Source: Eledone cirrhosa (lineage: Eukaryota). From it: a stretch of 64,000 nucleotides of DNA. A program made the translations under genes and the position numbers. Below are positions 1 through 10,853 of the stretch, in pieces. Each line of letters begins with the position of its first letter. Within the stretch, counting starts at the first letter, position 1. The DNA is taken from assembly GCA_964016885.1 (NCBI GenBank), contig OZ024744.1, positions 91,264,001-91,328,000 of the forward strand, in the 5' to 3' direction. Under the pieces are notes generated by a model, which made no database searches, had not been told where the DNA came from, and worked only from the letters and a program-made list of their open reading frames with translations.

Positions 1-175
1 TTTGTACGAAAAAGTCAGAGTGAACTAAAAATAAGAAAATAAATATGATGCTAAAAATATATAAATAGCCAAACATGTTGAACACATACATACACACATA
101 CATACACACATACATACAACTTTTCCCATATGTGCACACATATGCATTTATATTTATATATCTGAGAAACAAATC

Positions 176-226
<51 letters not shown>

Positions 227-231
227 TTATC

Positions 232-620
232 ATCATCATCATCATCATTTTACGTCCGCTTTTCCCTGCTTGCAAGGGTGGGACGGTAACTGATTCTGGC
301 TTGATTTCTACAGCTGGATGCCTTTCTTAATACCAACCTCATTTACAGTGAGTGCTGGGTCCTTTTTTTCCGTGGCGCCTACACATCCACTTTACAGTGT
401 GGGCTGGGTTGTTTTTTGCCATGGCACCTCCACAACCACTTTGCAGTGGAATGATAGGGACCCCAGTCCCTATCATCTCATTTCTACAGCTGAGTAAACT
501 GGAGCAATGTGAAATAAAGTGTCTTGATCAAGGAAACAACACATCACCTGATCTGAGAATTAAACTCACAACGTTTTGTTTCGATTGCAAGGCCAATGCT
601 CTAGCCACTAAGCCATGTGC
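232..620 (-). mobile_element. tRNA-derived SINE with RTE-derived 3' tail and (GAT)n terminus
   Basis: The minus strand begins with an A-box-like TGGCTTAGTGG and a degenerate B-box. The body CCTTGATCAAGACACTTTATTTCACATTGCTCCAG follows, and it ends CCCACCCTTGCAAGCAGGGAAAAGCGGACGTAAAA(TGA)n. A highly similar copy lies at 24574-24929 (+). Confidence 0.85.
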
Positions 621-817
621 CACACACACACACATATATATATATATATAAAGAATTAGTATATCTACCAACATATGTATACAGATGCATACCTATGTTA
701 GCAAATATATATGTTTTGTCTTAGTAACTTTGTGGTTCTATGCAAGGGGATGCAGAACAATTATATGAAAGACGTAAATAAGAAAGTTATGAAAATTGAC
801 TTACTTACTAAAATTTC

Positions 818-898
818 ACTCCAACTAATTAGTTTCTGTAAGGGGATAAATATGGATACGGAGCGTATCTATAGAGAAACCTTACGTCATCAGGGAGT
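818..898 (-). ncRNA. Type I hammerhead ribozyme motif with long stem II and palindromic stem III
   Basis: Minus strand: ACTCC-CTGATGA-cGTAAGG...CCTTACa-GAAAC-TAATTA-GTT-GGAGT. Stem I is ACTCC/GGAGT, the core is intact, the palindrome is AACTAATTAGTT and the triplet is GUU. The closing pair of stem II is a C.A mismatch. Confidence 0.75.
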
Positions 899-1167
899 CT
901 ATTCTCAGCTAAGCTCCCAGGCAATGCGAGGACACTGGGAACTTATATAAAAATAATTCAGTGGATGGAAAAATACAAGCGGGGCTAGATTCCAAGACAT
1001 TGAAAAATTCACTGCTTACTTGGTCAAGTGGCAAATTCAAAAGAATCAATCACGTGACACTGAGATTAATCAGCTAGGAGTGGGGGTACTATTAAGACAG
1101 AGCCTAGCCACTACTATTAATCACAGTAGTAATTTCGGCAAGTTTTACTCAACAAATAATTTGGAGA

Positions 1168-1398
1168 TAAACAATGCAAAATGGACGATAAGATGAGGTA
1201 ACGAAGAGTAAAAGTTATCTTTTAATCATGATTTGTTTTTTGTTGTTGTTGTTATTTTATTTGTCCAATATTCCAGGACCTAAAAGTCCCTTCATCAGGG
1301 TTTAAGGAACAACAACAACAAAAAAAAACCCAAAGATTACCAGGTAACTTACTTTTACTTTTTGTTACCTCATCTTACAGTCCATTTTGCATTGTTTA
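1168..1398. repeat. Imperfect fold-back inverted repeat enclosing a degenerate hammerhead
   Basis: TAAACAATGCAAAATGGAC..TAAGATGAGGTAAC..AGTAAAAGT pairs with ACTTTTACT..GTTACCTCATCTTA..GTCCATTTTGCATTGTTTA. The inner (GTT)n and (AAC)n tracts also pair. Confidence 0.8.
1265..1300 (-). ncRNA. Degenerate minimal hammerhead ribozyme
   Basis: Minus strand: CC-CTGATGA-AGGGACttttagGTCCT-GGAATATT-GG. GAAA is changed to GGAA and stem III is the palindrome AATATT. Confidence 0.5.
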
Positions 1399-1626
1399 GC
1401 CTTCTACCTCTTTCAACATTATATATATATATATATATACAATTCAATACATAAACAGAGAAAGCCTTAAGTGATACTCCGACCAACTCCATCTCACTCA
1501 ACAAACATTAGTATATACTTAAGTATTATCCCAATTTAGTGTTTGGGGTGTTAACTAATCAGTATTTCGTGGATAGCTGGTTGTATTATTTTATATGAGA
1601 CATTATTAAATAAATATCTCATTCCT

Positions 1627-1750
1627 TCCAGACGGCCGTTTCATTATAAGATTTCTACAATTTGGGATAAATAATTTCCAGATTATGTAGAAACTTGTAT
1701 ATAATCCATAGTTTTATACACAAGCGGGCTCTTATAAACTCATCAGTGGA
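1627..1750 (-). ncRNA. Type I hammerhead ribozyme with branched stem II
   Basis: Minus strand: TCCA-CTGATGA-GTTTATAAGA...TCTTATAAT-GAAAC-GGCC-GTC-TGGA. The core is complete with a GUC triplet, stem I is TCCA/TGGA and the palindrome is ACGGCCGT. Stem II holds two sub-hairpins (CTTGTGTATAA/TTATATACAAG and TTTCTACA/TGTAGAAA). Confidence 0.85.
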
Positions 1751-2089
1751 TGCCCAATTAATAACGATATAAGAATTATATCGACATTAACAGAATGGTG
1801 ATGGTCTCCCTCAGCGCTAAGAAGAGACTGGTAGATTAGAATCCAACAGTTCTCCAACAGTTCTCTCAAAGAAAAAATACACGCTGCCCCCCAAAAGGGT
1901 AAAGGGAGGTCATCTTAAAATAAAACAATATACATATATATAGTTCAAGGAGAGAACAAACAGAGGCACAAAAAGTCTTATTAGTTTCATGCTTTATATT
2001 AGAAAGAGGAAAGAATGTTCGACATGATGTTGTCCTTTATATATATACTCAAGCGAAATCAGCCATATATATATGTGTGTGTGTGTGTG

Positions 2090-2190
2090 AGGTTCCAGCT
2101 GGAAGGAGTGTTTGAGGACTCTGCCCCCCATGGCCCTCTCAGGAATAAGTGGGCAAGGAAGAAGAGGAATATGGCAAAGAAGAAGAAGAA

Positions 2191-2222
<32 letters not shown>

Positions 2223-2262
2223 AGAAGAAGAAGAAGAAGAAGAAGAAGAAGAAGAAGAAGAA
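2090..2262 (+). mobile_element. Probable retroelement 3' end with (AAG)n tail
   Basis: CCATGGCCCTCTCAGGAATAAGTGGGCAAGG is followed by (AAG)n. A similar motif with an AAG-rich tail occurs at about 5575-5630. Confidence 0.45.
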
Positions 2263-2721
2263 GCTATTTATTAGAATTTTTAGAATTTTCTTTCTTTAAA
2301 TTCTTCCTTGCTCTGTAGCAGTGGTTTGGTTACCAACCTTTTTGTGTGTGCCATGGTCTGGTGTCATGCAAGACGGACTGACGCAAGGGGACTGTGCAAG
2401 ACAATTTCCCCACGGACTGAAGCAAGGGGGCTGGGGGATAAAGGAGTGGGGGGTGCGAGGGGTGTGTCAGTAATGTGCATAACAAAACACAACAAAGTGT
2501 ATATTATAGTTATTCCTAGCTCTCTGAAGGTTCTCTCAAGGGAAGGGAATAGAGTTAAGTGTGTCTTCTTCATTACAGATGATTTCCCCCCCCCCCCTTC
2601 ATTTAATAGTATTAATAGTTTTATTTTCGGCTCTTGAATTACAGTATGTAGGTCAGAGCGGTGTTTTATCCAGTCAGGGGTCACCTGCTCTCTTATTGAT
2701 GATATTCTGTAGCTTTGAGAA

Positions 2722-2786
2722 GTCATCATCATCATCATCATCAGCAACACCATCGTCAACACCACCACCACCACCACCATCATCAA

Positions 2787-2830
<44 letters not shown>

Positions 2831-3030
2831 GCAGTATCAATCATCACACTATCAGCAGCAGCAGCAGCAGCACCGCCACCGCTGCCGCCACCACCACCAC
2901 CACCACCACTACCATCATCATCACCATCACAATCACACACCATCAGCATCACACCTACATCATACCACCACCACCACCACCACCACCACTACCACCATCA
3001 TCATTATCATCATCATCACAATCAGCATCA
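2722..3030. repeat. Compound (CAT)n/(CAC)n/(CAG)n trinucleotide microsatellite
   Basis: Directly visible in the sequence. Confidence 0.95.
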
Positions 3031-3199
3031 TTTGATATCTGTTTTTCCTTGATAGCAAGGGTTGGATGAGTCATCACAGACGAAGTCCTTATCTAGCTGG
3101 AGGACTGACTTTCTAGACGACCTGCAAGGATAATTGGAGCATCTTAACTTTATACATTCTTGTACTTTACAGAGTGTGACTATAGTTTCTATAGGTAGA

Positions 3200-3830
3200 A
3201 ACCTTTCCTAATACCCATCACTTTACAGAGTGCACTGGGTGTGTTTTATCATGGCACCAACACTAGAGAGGTTGTCATGTCTTTATCACATCAGAAAAGT
3301 CCTTTCAATGCTTTGTTTGGCAAGTTTTCTTTGACTGGAAACGCATCCTGCCACCTATCACTTTACAGAGTGGATTTGGTGTATTTTATCATGGCACCAA
3401 CACTAGAGAGATTTGACACAACAAAAGTTTTCTCAGTGCTTTGGTAAGTTTTTTTACAACTTGTACTGGGTGTGTTTTATCATAGCACCAACATTAGGGA
3501 GGTTGTCATGTCTTAGAGACAACTGAAGCATCTTGACTCTTTGGCAAGTTTTTTATAGCTGGAAACAATTCCTATCACCAATCACTTTACAGAGAGTACT
3601 GGGTGTGTTTTATCATGGCACCAACATTAGGAAGGTTGTTATGTCTTTGACACAACAGAAAAGTCCTCTCAATGCTTTGTTTGGCAAGTTTTCTATATTT
3701 GGAAACCCTTCCTATTATCAGTCACTTTACAGAGTGTACTCGGTGTGTTTTATCATGGCAACAACACTAAGGATATCATTGTGTCTTTGACACAACTGAA
3801 GAATCCTCTTGACTCTTTCTTCAACAAGTT
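3200..3830. repeat. Degenerate ~120-bp tandem repeat resembling an RTE 3'UTR segment
   Basis: About 5 copies of ATCACTTTACAGAGTGNACTGGGTGTGTTTTATCATGGCACCAACACTAG. Confidence 0.7.
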
Positions 3831-4466
3831 TTCTAGGTATTGTGAATATTTTTATGTTACTGTGTTTGATGGAATTTATGACGTCATTATGACATTAATG
3901 TAAACTATGAAGAGAATACACTGCTTTTTGGGGTAGGGACACTACTGAGGATTTTGCTGAGCTTAAGTGAATTCCTGAGATCAGGTCTTCCCAAATTTGG
4001 AGTTGTGAGTGAAATCGAGAAATCTTTTTCGAAGCATAAAATGTTAACTTTAGGATCATTATTTGTTGGTTATTGCAGTTTTTCCTGCAAAAAAAAAAAA
4101 AAAAAATTGGTATGTGTCAATTACAAATTATTAAATATACTTTTCATATTAAGCATGTATTTGTTGCACAATGCATTAGACACTGGAATTTTATATAAAT
4201 GTAGTGGAAAAAAATTTAAATTTCTCCATTAAAGTTAGTTTTTCTAGACTAATCAAATATCAAAATATTGTTCTATTAAATTAGATATACTTTCATTAAG
4301 AATAATATTCTAGGCAATCTACATCTACTTTTCTTTCTGAGCAATGCCAGGTATTCTCCTAATATATATATATATGTATGTAAAAGGTAAACAGAAATAA
4401 CAACACAATCGGTACTGTATATGGAAGGAATATATTAGGTTAACGTTTGAAATAACAGAAAGAGCG

Positions 4467-4502
4467 TCTTAACGTTTCAGACGCTAATCCTTCATCAGAA
4501 GA
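4467..4502 (-). ncRNA. Minimal type I hammerhead ribozyme (Penelope-like)
   Basis: Minus strand: TCTT-CTGATGA-AGGATTAGCGTCT-GAAACGTT-AAGA. Stem I is TCTT/AAGA, stem III is the loopless palindrome ACGT and the triplet is GUU. Confidence 0.75.
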
Positions 4503-4626
4503 AAGAATGAGAAATTAGAAAGATTGAAGGGACGGGCAGGGTGGAATAAAAAAAAAATATTTTTAGAGAAAAATAACATGTCCATTAATGTTGCCATCTC
4601 TATGTATATGTATATATACATAAAAC

Positions 4627-5378
4627 ATCATCATCATCTTCGTTTAACGTCCATATTCCACGCTTGCATGGGTTTAGACGGGAGTTTTCCCACTTGAGGC
4701 AGGAGTGGTTGTCTTGCTCGCATAGGACTGTCTGGCGGGTTTTCTACAGCTGGATGCCCTTCCTAACACCAATCACATTTACAGTGTGGGACTGGGAGGT
4801 TTTTACCGTGTTGCCTACACGGCCACATTACAGCGTGGACTGTCTGGCGGGTTTTCTACAGCTGGATGCCCTTCCTAACACCAACCACGTTTACAGTGTG
4901 GGACTGGGAGGTTTTTACCGTGTTGCCTACACGGCCACATTACAGCGTGGACTGTCTGGCGGGTTTTCTACAGCTGGATGCCCTTCCTAACACCAACCAC
5001 GTTTACAGTGTGGGACTGGGAGGTTTTTACCGTGTTGCCTACACGGCCACATTACAGCGTGGACTGTGTGTTTTTTTTGTTGTGACACCTACACGACCTC
5101 ATTTGTTTCGGCCTGGATGTTGTGGTACTAACATAACTTTACATTGAAAGGGGCGGTTTGGATGGGGTGGGGGTAGTGGGACGGGGGGTGTATTTTGTTA
5201 GAGGTGCCTACTGACTAGGTTTCACTTTGCACTTAGGTAAGGCGGGTCTTCTCTATTACTGTGTAGCGCCAAAGATCTCGGTCCAGTGACATTGTCTTGG
5301 AGAGGTGTAAGTGTGTGAGGTCGGAATTTATCAAGTCGTCCCAGGTTTTTCTGGGTCTGCCTACCCCGTGGCTACCGT
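4627..5378 (-). mobile_element. 5'-truncated RTE LINE, same family as 15750-18838, with a 3x112-bp repeat in the 3'UTR
   Basis: The reverse complement matches about 18308-18838 (ORF end GRPRKTWDDLINSD, 3'UTR and (GAT)n tail). The 112-bp unit starts at 4725, 4837 and 4949. Confidence 0.9.
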
Positions 5379-5459
5379 ATGTGGGAAAATGTTCATTAAA
5401 TGGTGATGATGATGATGATGATATATATGTATATATATATATAGGAATGTCTCTCTCTT

Positions 5460-5541
<82 letters not shown>

Positions 5542-5679
5542 TGGGCATACACACTGGAAGGCAGGCATGAAGACTGTGACTCCATGACCCTTCAAGGAAT
5601 AAGTGATCAAAGAAAAAGAAGATGAAGATGTGACGCCATTCAGTATCCATGTGAGTTTGGTATAGAATAACTATACTCT

Positions 5680-5818
5680 ATCCCTGCTTGCTGTAAGACA
5701 TGACTAAAAAGGGTTGGTGTCAGGAAGGGTTTCCCAATTGTAAAACATTGCCTGAAAAGGTCTTATGCAACACATGCCAGCATAGAAAAGTCAATGTAAA
5801 AACTATGATGATGATGAG
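5680..5818 (+). mobile_element. Degenerate SINE/RTE-type 3' tail
   Basis: GGTTGGTGTCAGGAAGGG...CATGCCAGCATAGAAAAG...(TGA)n resembles the other RTE-type tails in this window. Confidence 0.55.
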
Positions 5819-5828
5819 TATAATTAAT

Positions 5829-5967
5829 ATGTATGTATGTATGTATGTATATTTGTATGTATGTATGTATGTATGTATGTATATTTGTATGTATGTATGT
5901 ATGTATGTATATATGTATGCATGTATGTGTATTTGTATGTATGAATGTTTGTATATATGTATGTATG
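5829..5967. repeat. (TATG)n/(ACAT)n microsatellite at the 3' end of the R4-like element
   Basis: Directly visible in the sequence. Confidence 0.95.
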
Positions 5968-8620
5968 TTATCTCTTTCTCTTAATTTCGAGTATATTTTT
6001 TTTGACCGGCCACCTTCCTGGTGGCAAGGTTGTAAAAGAAAAGAAATTGTCATCCCTTGAATCGCAAGAATGTTTTGCAAATTTTGAAGGTACCAGCTAT
6101 CGCAGCCATTTGTAGACTATGAATTAGGGAGCTGCGCTCTTTGTCCGCACATCCAAGTTCAGTCATACTTTGGTCCAAGCGGGTTGGTATATAACCCGTA
6201 GCACCAATAAAGATGGGTATGAAGCTGAAGTTGTATCTTGGATACTGGATCTGCAAACTCCTCATCAATGGTCCGTAGATGTCCTCCTTCTCCTGTATTT
6301 TCTGACAACGTTTACATCAAGTGGGCAGCTGATCTCCACAACAGAACATGTTTTCAATGTGTGGTCTCAAACAACAATATCAGGCCAGTTGTGCTTTAAT
6401 TTGGTGGCATTTTTTATTTTCAGGTTCCACCAGTATTCCTTAGTGCCATCTGTCTCAATATATTTTTCCTCGTTTGTTGTTAATTTTGTTTTCCGAAGAG
6501 TGTTCCAGATGGTTCTAGCTATCCCATCGTGTCTCATGGGGAGGTAGTAGCGAGATGACATTCCTTCGCAGCTGGCAACAATGTGGCTTACATCCTCGAT
6601 CTTTGTTTTACATAGCCTACATTTATTGTCAGCTGATGGCCCTCCCCTTTTGTGCAGCAGATATTTGGTAGGGAGTTCTTGTTCCTGTATTGCATAGAGA
6701 TATCCCTCAAGGTGTGATGTCATAAACCTGTCGGAACTCCATGCCAGGCTTTTTGAGTGGTTTATCCCCTCTATGGTCTGTGTTTTACGTCTCAAGTATC
6801 CATGCACAACTTTTTCTGTAAATTGGTCAATTTTTTCATCTTGTTTGAACATTGAATAGGATCTTCCGATTTCTCTGGGTGAGAGATTTATATCAGGCTT
6901 TATTCCATATCTCTCCTCCAGATCAGTCGCTATTCTAATGATATATTTTTTTTCATGCTCATAAACCTGGGCAAGATGGTTGCCAACCTTTTTCCTCTGT
7001 TGCAGGTGTTGCTTCAGTGTTACTATCCGGGTCTCATATGATGTTAATATTGATTTTAGACCCCGGCCACCTTCCTTGCGTGAGAAGTATAGCCTATCCA
7101 CATTACCATTGATGTTAAAGTTCCCAGTAACACTGAGAAGTTTGCGAGTTCTAACATCCATCTCACTTAGTTCTTGCAATGACCAGTTCATCAGGCCAAA
7201 TGTTGGCGTTAGAATTGGCACAGCATAAGTATTGTGGGCAATGTATTTGTTGTATGCTGACAGTTCTGATGACCATATTTTCTTTACTCTTCTGAGGTAT
7301 TCAGTTCTGGTTCTCTCCTTATTTATGGGTCCATCATATCTGACATTCTCATCCTGTCCAAGATATCTGTAGTTGTCACCTGACTGTAGAGGTTGTATTG
7401 TCAGGCCGTTCATCTCTAGATTTCTAGAGGAGGGCACAGCTCTTCCACATTTTACTGCCAAATATGCACACTTGGACTCACCAAATTTCATTTTGATGTC
7501 TGTTGAAAATTGTGTAATGAGGTCCAATTGTTTCTTGATGTCATTGATATTTGGCCCATACAACTTCAGGTCATCAACAAAGAAAAGATGGGAGATACTT
7601 CTGGACCCACTTCTTTGTCCACCTTGTTTCCTGAGTAGGTAAGATAGTGGATTTAGTGAGAGAACGAAGAGTAGCACTGACAAGCTATCACCCTGAAAGA
7701 TGCCCTTCTGGTAATGTATCTTATCAGTCTTAACTTGCTCCTTCTCACCTCTAAGGATCAAATTGGTGTACCAGTTTTTGGTCAGGCATTCAACAGCAGC
7801 TACCAGTGGTTGTGGGACTTTGGCTAACTGTAAAGCCTTAACAATCCACCCATGAGGTACACTATCAAATGCTTTTTGATAGTCCAGCCACACCACAGTC
7901 ATGTTTCTGCAATTCTTTGTTGTTTTTTTCTTGAATCATTTTATTAGTTAGTAGGTGATCTATGCAACCCCACACCTCCCTCTTTCCACCAGCTTGCTCA
8001 GGTGTTGGTAGCAGAGTGATCCTGTAAGAACAAGTTAAGGCACCCAGTATATAATTTATACATGATGTTTTGGCAGGCTATTGGGCGGTAATTTTTAGCA
8101 AGGGTGGTTTGGCTATTTTGGGGAATGAGGAGAGTAGTGGGCAGTTCTTGTGTGCCTTAAATGGTTTCTGTAAACAGCCGTATGAGATCTTGCCGATAGA
8201 AAGTGAAATTCTTCAACCAGTATCCTCTAATGAGATCTGGGCCTGGTGATTTCCTATTCAACATTTTCTGTAGAGCTGTTTCCAGTATTGACCCATCTAT
8301 GTCATATTGTTTTGTCTGGACATGTTTGCAGTAGTCCTGTTCCAGGTCTTTTAGCCAATTAGTTTGTCAGTTGAATCCGTCATCTGTTTCCCATACAGAT
8401 CTCCAGTAGCTGTTCTTTTGAAGGGGTGTCATTTACAGGGATTGAGCTTCTGCCACCGAAGCTGCGATAAACTGATTTAGGATCTCTGGCAAACAATCTA
8501 TTTAGCACTTGTCGTTTATGTGGTGTTGACTTATATTTTAGTCTTTCTGTTGTAGCTGTGAGTTGTTGTTTCAACTGGTGTAATTTGGAGTTCAAAGTTT
8601 TAAATTTTGTATCTCCAAAT
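5968..8620 (-). mobile_element. 5'-truncated R4/Dong-like non-LTR retrotransposon (RT, CCHC knuckle, restriction-like endonuclease)
   Basis: RT motifs: YRPIAC, WLDYQKAFDSVPH, GIFQGDSLS, HLFFVDDLKLY, YRYLG, GGRGL. Knuckle: CRLCKTKIEDVSHIVASC. RLE: RHD, PDIVV, VEISCP, KEDIY, PIFIGATG. Stops and frameshifts are present. Confidence 0.9.
6367..7902 (-). pseudogene. Longest open fragment (511 aa) of the R4/Dong-like RT-RLE polyprotein
   Basis: Taken from the ORF track. It continues past an in-frame stop into 6050-6268, and upstream through frameshifts to about 8620. Confidence 0.85.
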
Positions 8621-8687
8621 ATGTATGTATATTTGTATGTATGTATATTTCTATGTATGTATGTATATTTCTATGTATGTATGTTTG

Positions 8688-8721
<34 letters not shown>

Positions 8722-8955
8722 TGTATGTATGTATGTATGTATGTATGTATGTATGTATGTATGTATGTATATTTGTATGTATATATGTATGTATATTTGT
8801 ATGTATGTATATATATTTGTATGTATGTATGTATATTTGTATGTATGTATGTATATTTGTATGTATGTATGTATATTTGTATGTATGTATGTATGTATGT
8901 ATGTATATTTGTATGTATGTATGTGTATTTGTCTGTATGTATGTATGCATGTATG
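8621..8955. repeat. (TATG)n/(ACAT)n microsatellite between two R4-like elements
   Basis: Directly visible, with recurrent TATATTTG variants. Confidence 0.95.
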
Positions 8956-9497
8956 TTCTTCTGGTTTTATAATTTCACCAAGTTTTACCAATAGAGAGAG
9001 AGTCGGTTTCTAACATAGACACAAGACTCTCTCATTTACACATCAACTAGGTAGATATGTATGTATGTCTGCATGTGTAGATATGGATGTGTATGTTTTG
9101 AGTTGTATGTGTGCATTTGTATATGCTTTGTATCTGTACATGTGTATATGCAGTTATTAGATGCAAAATTTCTGGAATGTTTTACATATTTTTACTGTTC
9201 CATTAATGGATTGTACTTGTAATTTCCTAACTAGTTGTGTTCTTTCTGTTCCTGTGAAGCCCAGCTGCTCAAGATTTGTATTGAGGCAGTTACTAACATA
9301 TCCCAGTGCCCCAATAATCACAGGCATAAATCTGAAGGTATAATCAGGGTGAAGTATCTGCAGATTTCTCATCAGTTCTGCATAAATATTCTCCTTTTCA
9401 CTAATCTTTGATTATATATTGGCATCTGCTGGGCAGCTAACTTCCACTACTGTGCATGCCTTATTTTCCCTGTCCCATATCATAATATCTGGTCTGA
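8956..9497 (-). mobile_element. 3' fragment of a second, diverged R4/Dong-like family (RLE domain and 3'UTR)
   Basis: Translates RPDIMIWDRENKACTVVEVSCP...KENIYAELMRNLQILHPDYTFRFMPVIIGALGY...KICKTF, homologous to the C-terminus at 6050-6390. The 3'UTR is different. Confidence 0.85.
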
Positions 9498-9644
9498 AGT
9501 GACTGAGAGTACAAATTGGAGTGAAAGCAACTGGTGCGTATATTTCTTATTGGAACATGACCCTCCCAAAGCATAACAATATCTGTTTCAACACACGTTT
9601 TCAGATAAAGAATCTTGCTAAACAAATTCAGAAACGCCAGTTGA

Positions 9645-9869
9645 ATGAAGACGTGGTAGAGGTAGAAATGCCAGTTGAAGGAAGACGTGGTAGAGGTAGA
9701 CCACGAAAAACATGGGCGGAGGTGGTGAGAACAGACCTCAGATCATTGAAGCTCACGGCGGAGATGACGAGGGACCGTGACGAGTGGAGAGATGCTGTAC
9801 TGAATAAGACCCGTCCCACCCTTGCAAGCAGGGAAAAGCGGACGTAAAATGATGATGATGATGATGATG

Positions 9870-9870
<1 letters not shown>
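9645..9870 (+). mobile_element. 3' end of a second RTE-clade LINE family
   Basis: Translates VEGRRGRGRPRKTWAEVVRTDLRSL...DRDEWR, and the ORF runs into a (GAT)n tail. Confidence 0.85.
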
Positions 9871-9913
<43 letters not shown>

Positions 9914-9995
9914 ATATATGTATGTTTGCTGAAATAAATAATCAAGGAAATTCAACATTTTTGGCCTCCTATAATTTCACTTCATAATATATATT

Positions 9996-10104
<109 letters not shown>

Positions 10105-10396
10105 AATAAGGTTTTAGATCGATACCCAGTGATTTCGATTTCGTTGTTTACAATCTGCTCAACAAATTTCTATATATATATATATATATACACACACATA
10201 CACACATGTGTGTGATTAATAAATATTAGCTCTACCACAGGATACTGATCGCTCTTTTCTTGATCATTACGCTACACACTCGCACACACATTCACACAGA
10301 TCGATATTTATACATGTACAAACATCTACTTTCCCCTTCAACTTCCCCTTCTTTTTTCTTCTCTCTCATTTTTTTTTTTTTGTCTCTTGGCCATAG

Positions 10397-10551
10397 AAGG
10401 ATAAGAAATTTTCAATCAGATAGTAAGAGGAGATCAGTAAATTTGATAACGATCTGTGATCTGCGATCTGTGTAGCTGCCAGCTGGCAAAATTGTTTGTC
10501 TGTGCACTTTTTATTAAGACGAGAGAGAAAGAGAGAGAGAGAGAGAACAAT
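10397..10551 (+). other. Possible non-coding (UTR/lncRNA) exon
   Basis: A long polypyrimidine tract ending CCATAG gives a candidate acceptor at 10396, and GTAAGT at 10552 a candidate donor. All three frames contain stops. Confidence 0.25.
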
Positions 10552-10589
10552 GTAAGTACTGTAGTATGCTTTAAGCATACTGCGACGGC

Positions 10590-10800
10590 GTTTGTTGTTG
10601 TTATGGTGGTGGTGGTGGTGGTGGTGGCGACGGTGGTTGTTGTTGTTGTTGTTGTGAGGGTGACGGCGGCGGTTGGTGTTGTGATGGTGGTGGCGGTTGT
10701 TGTTGCTTTGTGGTCGTCGTCGTTGTTGTTGTTGTTGTTGTTGCAGCGGTGGTGGTTGTTGTTGTGTGATGGCGGTGGCGGCGGTTGTTGTTGCTTTGTG

Positions 10801-10853
<53 letters not shown>

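Noticed and set aside
451-475. TGATAGGGA/TCCCTATCA resembles tet operator half-sites
   Set aside because: The arrangement and spacing are wrong for tetO. It is an internal SINE hairpin also present at about 24718.
6980-7642. Plus-strand ORFs overlapping the R4-like element, and minus-strand ORFs within 16043-18127
   Set aside because: These are antisense shadows of retrotransposon coding sequence.
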